DNA of 64,000 nucleotides from contig OZ024745.1 of NCBI GenBank assembly GCA_964016885.1, forward strand, positions 71,114,001-71,178,000. The letters run 5' to 3'. Positions 49,101-63,100 of the stretch are shown here, in pieces (position 1 is the stretch's first letter; each line of letters opens with the position of its first letter). The position numbers and the translations under genes are program-made. This DNA is from Eledone cirrhosa (Eukaryota). Below the pieces are notes generated by a model. That model saw nothing but the letters and a program-made list of their open reading frames with translations, had not been told where the DNA came from and ran no database searches.

Positions 49101-52100
49101 TACTGTCATCACCATTAACACTGCTGTCATCACCATTAACACTGCTGTCATCACCATTAACACTGCTGTCAACACCATTAACACTACTGTCATCACCAAT
49201 AACACTGCTGTCATCACCATTAACACTCCTGTCAACACCAGTAACACTGCTGTCATCACCATTAACACTACTGTCAACACCATTAACACTACTGTCATCA
49301 CCATTAACGCTGCTGTCATCACCATTAACACTACTGTCATCACCATTAACACTACTGTCAACACCATTAACACTACTATCATCACCATTAACACTACTGT
49401 CAACACCATTAACACAACTGTCATTACCATTAACACTACTGTCATCACCATTAACACTACTGTCATCACCATTAACACTACTGTCATCACCATTAACACT
49501 ACTGTCATCACCATTAACACTACTGTCATCACCATTATCACTACTGTCATCACCATTAACACTACTGTCAACACCATTAACACTACTGTCATCACCATTA
49601 ACACTACTGTCATCACCATTAACATTACTGTCATCACCATTAACACTACTGTCATCACCATTAACACTACTGTCATCACCATTAACACTACTGTCAACAC
49701 CATTAACACAACTGTCATCACCATTAACACTACTGTCATCACCATTAACACTACTGTCATCACCATTAACACTACTGTCATCACCATTAACACTACTGTC
49801 ATCACCATTAACACTACTGTCACCACCATTAACACTACTGTCATCACCATTAACACTACTGTCATCACCATTAACACTACTGTCATCACCATTAACACTA
49901 CTGTCATCACCATTAACACTACTGTCATCACCATTAACACTGCTGTCAACACCATTAACACTACTGTCATCACCATTAACACTACTGTCATCACCATTAA
50001 CACTACTGTCAACACCATTAACACTACTGTCATCACCATTAACACTGCTGTCAACACCATTAACACTGCTGTCATCACCATTAACACTGCTGTCATCACC
50101 ATTAACACTACTGTCATCACCATTAACACTACTGTCAACACCATTAACACTGCTGTCATCACCATTAACACTGCTGTCAACACCATTAACACTACTGTCA
50201 TCACCATTAACACTACTGTCAACACCATTAACACTACTGTCATCACAATTAACACTACTGTCATCACCATTAACACTACTGTCATCACCATTAACACTAC
50301 TGTCATCACCATTAACACTACTGTCAACACTATTAACACTACTGTCATCACCATTATCACTACTGTCATCACCATTAACACTGCTGTCATCACCATTAAC
50401 ACTGCTGTCAACACCATTAACACTACTGTCATCACCATTAACACTACTGTCATCACCATTAACACTACTGTCAACACCATTAACACTACTGTCATCACCA
50501 TTAACACTGCTGTCAACACCATTAACACTGCTGTCATCACCATTAACACTACTGTCATCACCATTAACACTACTGTCATCACCATTAACACTGCTGTCAT
50601 CACCATTAACACTGCTGTCATCACCATTAACACTACTGTCATCACCATTATCACTACTGTCATCACCATTAACACTACTGTCATCACCATTAATACTACT
50701 ATCAACACCATTATCACTACTGTCGTCACCATTAACACTACTGTCATCACCATTAACACTACTGTCATCACCATTAACACTACTGTCATCACCATTAACA
50801 CTACTGTCATCACCATTAACACTACTGTCATCACCATTAACACTACTGTCATCACCTTTAACACTACTGTCCTCACCATTATCACTACTGTCATCACCAT
50901 TAACACTACTGTCATCACCATTAACACTACTGTCATCACCATTAACACTACTGTCATCACCATTAACACTACTGTCATCACCATTAACACTACTGTCATC
51001 ACCATTAACACTGCTGTCACCACCATTAACACTACTGTCATCACCATTAACACTACTGTCATCACCATTAACACTACTGTCATCACCATTAACACTGCTG
51101 TCATCACCATTAACACTACTGTCATCACCATTAACACTACTGTCATCACCATTAACACTACTGTCATCACCATTAACACTGCTGTCACCACCATTAACAC
51201 TGCTGTCACCACCATTAACACTACTGTCATCACCATTAACACTACTGTCATCACCATTAACACTACTGTCATCACCATTAACACTGCTGTCAACACAATT
51301 AACACTACTGTCATCACCATTAACACTACTGTCATCACCATTAACACTACTGTCAACACCATTAACACTACTGTCATCACCATTAACACTGCTGTCAACA
51401 CCATTAACACTGCTGTCATCACCATTAACACTGCTGTCATCACCATTAACACTACTGTCATCACCATTAACACTACTGTCAACACCATTAACACTGCTGT
51501 CATAACCATTAACACTGCTGTCAACACCATTAACACTACTGTCATCACCATTAACACTACTGTCAACACCATTAACACTACTGTCATCACCATTATCACT
51601 ACTGTCATCACCATTAACACTACTGTCATCACCATTAACACTACTGTCATCACCATTAACACTGCTGTCATCACCATTAACACTACTGTCATCACCATTA
51701 ACACTGCTGTCATCACAATTAACGCTACTGCCATCACTATTAACAATGCTGTCAACACCATTAACACTACTGTCATCACCATAAACACTACTGTCAACAC
51801 TATTAACACTACTGTCATCACCATTATCACTACTGTCATCACCATTAACACTACTGTCAACACCATTAACACTACTGTCATCACCATTAACACTGCTGTC
51901 AACACCATTAACACTGATGTCATCACCATTAACACTACTGTCATCACCATTAACACTACTGACAACACCATTAATACTACTGTCATCACCATTAACACTG
52001 CTGTCAACACCATTAACACTGCTGTCATCACCATTAACACTACTGTCATCACCATTAACACTGCTGTCAACACCATTAACACTACTGTCATCACCATTAA

Positions 52101-52580
52101 CACTGCTGTCATCACCATTAACACTACTGTCATCACCATTAACACTACTGTCATCACCATTAACACTGCTGTCATCACCATTAACACTGCTGTCATCACC
52201 ATTAACACTGCTGACATCACCATTAACACTACTGCCATCACCATTAACACTGCTGTCATCACCATTAACACTGCTGCCATCACCATTAACACTACTGTCA
52301 TCATCAATAACACTGCTGTCATCAACATCAACACTACTGTCATCACCATTAACACTGCTGTCATCACCATTAACACTGCTGTAATCACCATTAACACTGC
52401 TGTCAACACCATTAACACTACTGTCATCACCAATAACACTGCTGTCATCACCATTAACACTCCTGTCAACACCAGTAACACTGCTGTCATCACCATTAAC
52501 ACTACTGTCAACACCATTAACACTACTGTCATCACCATTAACGCTGCTGTCATCACCATTAACACTACTGTCATCACCAT
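46130..52580. repeat. 3,234-bp (154-monomer) tandem duplication
   Basis: ACTATCATC 46141/49375; AACATTACT ~46387/49621; ACCTTTAAC ~47620/50854; ACTCCTGTCAACACCAGT ~49225/52459; ORF starts 48683/51917. Confidence 0.9.
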
Positions 52581-53339
52581 TAACACTTCTGTCATCACCA
52601 TTAACACTACTGTCATCACCATTAACACTACTGTCAACAGCATTAACACTACTGTCATCACCATTAACACTGCTGTCATCACCATTAACACTAATGTCAT
52701 CACCATTAACACTGCTGTCATCACCATTAACACTACTGTCATCACCATTAACACTACTGTCAACAGCATTAACACTACTGTCATCACCATTAACACTGCT
52801 TTCATCACCATTAACACTAATGTCATCACCATTAACACTGCTGTCATCACCATTAACACTACTGTCATCACCATTAACACTAATGTCATCACCATTAACA
52901 CTACTGTCATCACCATTAACACTACTGTCAACACCATTAACACTACTGTCATTACCATTAACACTGCTGTCATCACCATTAACACTACTGTCATCACCAT
53001 TAACACTACTGTCATCACCATTTACACTACTGTCATCACCATTATCACTACTGTCATCACCATTAACACTACTGTCATCACCATTAACACTACTGTCATC
53101 ACCATTAACACTACTGTCATCACCACTAACACTACTGTCATCACCATTTACACTACTGTCATCACCATTATCACTACTGTCATCACCATTAACACTGCTG
53201 TCATCACCATTAACACTACTGTCATCACCATTAACACTACTGTCATCACCATTAACGCTACTGTCATCACCATTAACACTGCTGTCAACACCATTAACAC
53301 TACTGCCATCACCATTAACACTACTGTCAACACCATAAA

Positions 53340-56300
53340 CACTACTGTCATCACCATTAACACTGCTGTCAACACCATTAACACTACTGTCATCACCATT
53401 AACACTACTGTCAACACCATTAACACTACTGTCATCACCATTAACACTGCTCTCAACACCATTAACACTACTGTCATCACCATTAACACTACTGTCATCA
53501 CCATTAACACTGCTGTCAACACCATTAACACTACTGTCATCACCAATAACACTACTGTCCTCACCATTAACAATACTGTCATCACCATTAACACTGCTGT
53601 CATCACTATTAACACTACTGTCATCACCATTAACACTACTGTCATCACCTTTAACACTACTGTCATCACCATTAACACTACTGTCATCACCATTAACACT
53701 GCTGTCAACACCATTAACACTACTGTCATCACCATTAACACTACTGTCATCACCATTAACACTACTGTCAACACCATTAACACTACTGTCTTCACCATTA
53801 ACACTGCTGTCAACACCATTAACACTGCTGTCAACACCATTAACACTACTGTCATCATCATTAACACTACTGTCATCACCATTAACACTACTGTCATCAC
53901 CATTAACACTGATGTCAACACCATTAACACTACTGTCATCAGCATTAACACTACTGTCATCACCATTAACACTGCTGTCATCACCATTAACACTACTGTC
54001 ATCACCATTAACACTGCTGTCATCACCATTGACACTACTGTCATCACCATTAACACTACTGTCAACACCATTAACACTGCTGTCATCCCCATTAACACTA
54101 CTGTCATCACCATTAACACTACTGTCATCACCATTAACACTACTGTCATCACCATTAACACTGCTGTCATCACCATTAACACTACTGTCATCACCATTAA
54201 CACTACTGTCAACACCATTAACACTGCTGTCATCACCATTAACACTACTGTCATCACCATTAACACTACTGTCATCACCATTAACACTACTGTCATCACC
54301 ATTAACACTACTGTCATCACCATTAACACTGCTGTCATCACCATTAACACTACTGTCATCACCATTAACACTACTGTCAACACCATTAACACTGCTGTCA
54401 TCACCATTAACACTACTGTCATCACCATTAACACTGCTGTCATCACCATTAACACTACTGTCATCACCATTAACACTGCTGTCATCACCATTAACACTAC
54501 TGTCATCACCATTAACACTACTGTCATCACCACTAACACTACTGTCATCACCATTAACACTAGTGTCATCACCATTAACACTACTGTCATCACCATTAAC
54601 ACTACTGTCATCACCATTAACACTACTGTCATCACCACTAACACTACTGTCATCACCACTAACACTACTGTCATCACCATTAACACTACTGTCATCACCA
54701 TTAATACTACTGTCATCACCATTAACACTACTGTCATCACCACTAACACTACTGTCATCACCATTAACACTAGTGTCATCACCATTAACACTACTGTCAT
54801 CACCATTAACACTACTGTCATCACCATTAACACTACTGTCATCACCATTAACACTACTGTCATCACCATTAACACTACTGTCATCACCACTAACACTACT
54901 GTCATCACCATTAACACTACTGTCATCACCATTAACACTACTGTCATCACCATTAACACTACTGTCATCACCACTAACACTACTGTCATCACCATTATCA
55001 CTACTGTCATCACCATTAACACTACTGTCATCACCATTAACACTGCTGTCATCACCACTAACACTACTGTCATCACCATTATCACGACTGTCATCACCAT
55101 TAACACTACCGTCATCACCATTAACACTACTGTCATCACCATTAACACTACTGTCATCACCATTAACACTACTGTCATCACCTTTAACACTACTGTCATC
55201 ACCATTAACACTACTGTCATCACCATTAACACTGCTGTCAACACCATTAACACTACTGTCATCACCATTAACACTACTGTCATCACCATTAACACTACTG
55301 TCAACACCATTAACACTACTGTATTCACCATTAACACTGCTGTCAACACCATTAACACTGCTGCCATCACCATTAACACTGCTGTCATCACCATTAACAC
55401 TACTGTCATCACCATTAACACTACTGTCATCACCATTAACACTACTGTCATCACCATTAACACTACTGTCATCACCATTAACACTACTGTCATCACCATT
55501 AACACTACTGTCATCACCATTAACACTACTGTCAACACCATTAACACTACTGTCATCACCAATAACACTGCTGTCAACACCATTAACCCTGCTGTCATCA
55601 CCATTAACACTGCTGTCATTACCATTAACACTACTGTCATCACCATTAACACTACTCTCAACACCATTAACACTGCTGTCATCACCATTAACAATGCTGT
55701 CAACACCATTAACACTACTGTCATCACCATTAACACTACTGTCAACACCATTAACACTACTGTCATCACCATTAACACTACTGTCATCACCATTAACACT
55801 ACTGTCATCACCATTAACACTACTGTCATCACCATTAACACTACTGTCATCACCATTAACACTGCTGTCATCACCATTAACACTACTTTCATCACCATTA
55901 ACACTGCTGTCATCACCATTAACGCTACTGTCATCACCATTAACACTGCTGTCAACACCATTAACACTACTGTCATCACCATTAACACTACTGTCAACAC
56001 CATTAACACTACTGTCATCACCATTAACACTGCTGTCAACACCATTAACACTACTGTCATCACCATTAACACTACTGTCAACACCATTAACACTACTGTC
56101 ATCACCATTAACACTGCTCTCAACACCATTAACACTACTGTCATCACCATTAACACTACTGTCATCACCATTAACACTGCTGTCAACACCATTAACACTA
56201 CTGTCATCACCAATAACACTACTGTCCTCACCATTAACAATACTGTCATCACCATTAACACTGCTGTCATCACTATTAACACTACTGTCATCACCATTAA

Positions 56301-57250
56301 CACTACTGTCATCACCTTTAACACTACTGTCATCACCATTAACACTACTGTCATCACCATTAACACTGCTGTCAACACCATTAACACTACTGTCATCACC
56401 ATTAACACTACTGTCATCACCATTAACACTACTGTCAACACCATTAACACTACTGTCTTCACCATTAACACTGCTGTCAACACCATTAACACTGCTGTCA
56501 ACACCATTAACACTACTGTCATCATCATTAACACTACTGTCATCACCATTAACACTACTGTCATCACCATTAACACTGATGTCGACACCATTAACACTAC
56601 TGTCATCAGCATTAACACTACTGTCATCACCATTAACACTGCTGTCATCACCATTAACACTACTGTCATCACCATTAACACTGCTGTCATCACCATTAAC
56701 ACTACTGTCATCACCATTAACACTACTGTCAACACCATTAACACTGCTGTCATCACCATTAACACTACTGTCATCACCATTAACACTACTGTCATCACCA
56801 TTAACACTACTGTCATAACCATTAACACTGCTGTCATCACCATTAACACTACTGTCATCACCATTAACACTACTGTCAACACCATTAACACTGCTGTCAT
56901 CACCATTAACACTACTGTCATCACCATTAACACTACTGTCATCACCATTAACACTACTGTCATCACCATTAACACTACTGTCATCACCATTAACACTGCT
57001 GTCATCACCATTAACACTACTGTCATCACCATTAACACTACTGTCAACACCATTAACACTGCTGTCATCACCATTAACACTACTGTCATCACCATTAACA
57101 CTGCTGTCATCACCATTAACACTACTGTCATCACCATTAACACTGCTGTCATCACCATTAACACTACTGTCATCACCATTAACACTACTGTCATCACCAC
57201 TAACACTACTGTCATCACCATTAACACTAGTGTCATCACCATTAACACTA
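53340..57250. repeat. 2,667-bp-offset duplication (127 monomers; ~53340-54580 vs ~56010-57250)
   Basis: GCTCTCAAC ~53449/56116; ACCTTTAAC ~53647/56314; GTCTTCACC ~53788/56455; GATGTC 53911/56578; ACTAGTGTC ~54559/57226. Confidence 0.88.
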
Positions 57251-60179
57251 CTGTCATCACCATTAACACTACTGTCATCACCATTATCACTACTGTCATC
57301 ACCATTAACACTGCTGTCATCACCATTAACACTGCTGTCAACACCATTAACACTACTGTCATCACCATTAACACTACTGTCATCACCATTAACACTACTG
57401 TCATCACCATTATCACTACTGTCATCACCATTAACACTACTGTCATCACCATTAACACTACTGTCATCACCATTAACACTGCTGTCATCACCATTAACAC
57501 TACTGTCATCACCATTAACACTACTGTCAACACCATTAACACTGCTGTCATCACCATTAACACTACTGTCATCACCATTAACACTGCTGTCATCACCATT
57601 AACACTACTGTCATCACCATTAACACTGCTGTCATCACCATTAACACTACTGTCATCACCATTAACACTACTGTCATCACCATTAACACTACTGTCATCA
57701 CCATTAACACTGCTGTCATCACCATTAACACTACTGTCAACACTACTAACACTACTGTCATCACCATTATCACTACTGTCATCACCATTAACACTGCTGT
57801 CATCACCATTAACACTGCTGTCAACACCATTAACACTACTGTCATCACCATTAACACTACTGTCATCACCATTAACACTACTGTCATCACCATTATCACT
57901 ACTGTCATCACCATTAACACTACTGTCATCACCATTAACACTACTGTCATCACCATTAACACTACTGTCATCACCATTAACACTACTGTCATCACCATTA
58001 ACACTACTGTCATCACCATTAACACTACTGTCATCACCATTAACACTACTGTCAACACCATTAACACAACTTTCATTACCATTAACACTACTGTCATCAC
58101 CATTAACACTACTGTCATCACCATTAACACTACTGTCATCACCATTAACACTACTGTCATCACCATTAACACTACTGTCATCACCATTATCACTACTGTC
58201 ATCACCATTAACACTACTGTCAACACCATTAACACTACTGTCATCACCATTAACACTACTGTCATCACCATTAACACTACTGTCATCACCATTAACACTA
58301 CTGTCATCACCATTAACACTACTGTCATCACCATTAACACTACTGTCAACACCATTAACACAACTGTCATCACCATTAACACTACTGTCATCACCATTAT
58401 CACTACTGTCATCACCATTAACACTACTGTCATCACCATTAACACTACTGTCATCACCATTATCACTACTGTCATCACCATTAACACTACTGTCATCACC
58501 ATTAACACTGCTGTCATCACCATTAACACTACTGTCATCACCATTAACACTACTGTCATCACCATTAACACTGCTGTCATCACCATTAAGACTGCTGTCA
58601 TCATCATTAACACTGCTGTCATCACCATTAACACTACTGTCATGACCATTAACACTACTGTCATCACCATTAAGACTACTGTCATCACCATTAACACTAC
58701 TGTCATCACCATTAACACTGCTGTCATCATCATTAACACTGATGTCATCACCATTAACACTACTGTCATGACCATTAACACGACTGTCATCACCATTAAG
58801 ACTACTGTCATCACCATTAACACTACTGTCATCACCATTAACACTGCTGTCATCACCATTAAGACTACTGTCATCACCATTAACACTGCTGCCATCACCA
58901 TTAACACTACTGTCATCACCATTAACACTGCTGCCATCACCATTAACACTGCTGTCATCACCATTAACACTGCTGTCATCACCATTAACACTACTGTCAT
59001 CACCATTAACACTACTGTCATCACCATTAACACTACTGTCATCACCATTAACACTGCTGTCATCACCATTAAGACTACTGTCATCACCATTATCACTACT
59101 GTCATCACCATTAACACTACTGTCATCACCATTAACACTACTGTCATCACCATTAACACTACTGTTATCACCATTAACACTGCTGTCATCACCATTAAGA
59201 CTACTGTCATCACCATTATCACTACTGTCATTACCATTAACACTGCTGTCATCACCATTAAGACTACTGTCATCACCATTTACACTACTGTCATCACCAT
59301 TAACACTACTGTCATCACCATTAACACTACTGTCATCACCATTAACACTGCTGTCATCACCATTAAGACTACTGTCATCACCATTATCACTACTGTCATC
59401 ACCATTAACACTGCTGTCATCACCATTAACACTACTGTCATCACCATTAACACTACTGTCATCACCATTAAGACTACTGTCATCACCATAAACACAACTG
59501 TCATCACCATTAACACTAGTGTCATCACCATTAACACTACTGTCAACACCATTATCTCTACTGTCGTCACCATTAACACTACTGTCATCACCATTAACAC
59601 TACTGTCATCACCATTAACACTACTGTCATCACCATTAACACAACTGTCATCACCATTAACACTACTGTCATCACCATTAACACTACTGTCATCACCATT
59701 AACACTAGTGTCATCACCATTAACACTACTGTCATCACCATTAACACTGCTGTCATCACCATTAAGACTACTGTCATCACCATTATCACTACTGTCGTCA
59801 CCATTAACACTACTGTCATCACCATTAACACTACTGTCATCACCATTAACACTACTGTTATCACCATTAACACTGCTGTCATCACCATTAACACTACTGT
59901 CATCACCATTATCACTACTGTCATTACCATTAACACTGCTGTCATCACCATTAAGACTACTGTCATCACCATTAACACTACTGTCATCACCATTAACACT
60001 ACTGTCATCACCATTAACACAACTGTCATCACCATTAACACTAGTGTCATCACCATTAACACTACTGTCAACACCATTATCACTACTGTCATCACCATTA
60101 ACACTGCTGTCATCACCATTAACACTAATGTCATCACCATTAACACTACTGTCATCACCACTAACACTACTGTCACCAC

Positions 60180-63100
60180 CATTAACACTACTGTCATCAC
60201 CAATAACACTACTGTCACCACCATTAACACTACTGTCATCACCAATAACACTACTGTCACCACCATTAACACTACTGTCATCACCAATAACACTACTGTC
60301 ACCACCATTAACACAACTGTCATCACCATTAACACTACTGTCATCACCATTAACACTACTGTCACCACCATTAACACTACTGTCATCACCATTAACACTA
60401 CTGTCATCACCATTAACACTACTGTCACCACCATTAACACTACTGTCACCACCATTAACACTACTGTCATCACCATTAACACTACTGTCATCACCATTAA
60501 CACTACTGTCACCACCATTAACACTACTGTCACCACCATTAACACTACTGACACCACCATTAACACTACTGTCATCACCATTAACACTACTGTCATCACC
60601 ATTAACACTACTGTCATCACCATTAACACTACTGTCATCACCATTAACACTACTGTCATCACCATTAACACTGCTTTCATCACCATTAACACTACTGTCA
60701 TCACCATTAAGACTACTGTCATCACCATTAACACTGCTGTCATCACCATTAAGACTACTGTCATCACCATTAACACTGCTGTCATCACCATTAACACTAC
60801 TGTCATCACCATTAACACTGCTGCCATCACCATTAACACTGCTGTCATCACCATTAACACTGCTATCATCACCATTAACACTACTGTCATCACCATTAAC
60901 ACTACTGTCATCACCATTAACACTACTGTCATCACCATTAACACTGCTGTCATCACCATTAAGACTACTGTCATCACCATTATCACTACTGTCATCACCA
61001 TTAACACTACTGTCATCACCATTAACACTACTGTCATCACCATTAACACTACTGTTATCACCATTAACACTACTGTCATCACCATTAAGACTACTGTCAT
61101 CACCATTATCACTACTGTCATTACCATTAACACTGCTGTCATCACCATTAAGACTACTGTCATCACCATTAACACTACTGTCATCACCATTAACGCTACT
61201 GTCATCACCATTAACACTACTGTCATCACCATTAACACTGCTGTCATCACCATTAAGACTACTGTCATCACCATTATCACTACTGTCATCACCATTAACA
61301 CTGCTGTCATCACCATTAAGACTACTGTCATCACCATTAACACTACTGTCATCACCATTAAGACTACTGTCATCACCATTAACACAACTGTCATCACCAT
61401 TAACACTAGTGTCATCACCATTAACACTACTGTCAACACCATTATCACTACTGTCGTCACCATTAACACTACTGTCATCACCATTAACACTACTGTCATC
61501 ACCATTTCCACCACTGTCATCACCATTAACACAACTGTCATCACCATTAACACTAGTGTCATCACCATTAACACTACTGTCATCACCATTAACACTGCTG
61601 TCATCACCATTAAGACTACTGTCATCACCATTATCACTACTGTCATCACCATTAACACTACTACTGTCATCACCATTAACACTACTGTCATCACCATTAA
61701 CACTACTGTTATCACCATTAACACTGCTGTCATCACCATTAAGACTACTGTCATCACCATTATCACTACTGTCATTACCATTAACACTGCTGTCATCACC
61801 ATTAAGACTACTGTCATCACCATTAACACAACTGTCATCACCATTAACACTACTGTCATCACCATTAACACAACTGTCATCACCATTAACACTAGTGTCA
61901 TCAACATTAACACTACTGTCATCACCATTAACACTGCTGTCATCACCATTAAGACTACTGTCATCACCATTATCACTACTGTCATCACCATTAACACTAC
62001 TGTCATCACCATTAACACTACTGTCATCACCATTAACACTACTGTTATCACCATTAACACTGCTGTCATCACCATTAAGACTACTGTCATCACCATAATC
62101 ACTACTGTCATTACCATTAACACTGCTGTCATCACCATTAAGACTACTGTCATCACCATTAACACTACTGTCATCACCATTAACACTACTGTCATCACCA
62201 TTAACACAACTGTCATCACCATTAACACTAGTGTCATCACCATTAACACTACTGTCAACACCATTATCACTACTGTCATCACCATTAACACTGCTGTCAT
62301 CACCATTAACACTACTGTCATCACCATTAACACTGCTGTCATCACCATTAACACTGCTGTCATCAACATTAACACTACTGTCATCACCATTAACACTACT
62401 GTCATCACCATTAACACTACTGTCAACACCATTAACACTACTGTCATCACCATTAACACTACTGTCAACACCATTAACACTACTGTCATCACCATTAACA
62501 CTGCTTTCATCACCATTAACACTGCTGTCATCACCATTAACACTACTGTCATCACCATTAACACTACTGTCATCACCATTAACACTACTGTCAACACCAT
62601 TAACACAACTGTCATCACCATTAACACTACTGTCATCACCATTAACACTACTGTCATCACCATTAACACTACCGTCATCACCATTAACACTACTGTCATC
62701 ACCATTAACACTACTGTCATCACCATTATCACTACTGTCATCACCATTAACACTACAGTCAACACTACTGTCAACACCATTAACACTACTGTCATCACCA
62801 TTAACACTACTGTCATCACCATTAACACTACTGTCATCACCATTAACACTACTGTCATCACCATTAACACTACTGTCATCACCATTAACACTACTGTCAT
62901 CACCATTAACACTACTGTCATCACCATTAACACTGCTGTCATCACCATTAACACTACTGTCATCACCATTAACACTGCTGTCATCACCATTAACGCTACT
63001 GTCATCACTATTAACACTGCTGTCAACACCATTAACACTACTGTCATCACCATTAACACTGCTGTCAAAACTATTAACACTACTGTCATCACCATTATCA

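Noticed and set aside
24033-53021. 9,662-aa minus-strand ORF and the other (VMTVVLM)n ORFs as real genes
   Set aside because: Pure translation of the 21-mer and almost entirely hydrophobic. Starts and stops coincide with sporadic variants (the 1-bp deletion, CATTTAC), common variants are non-synonymous, and there is no unique domain.
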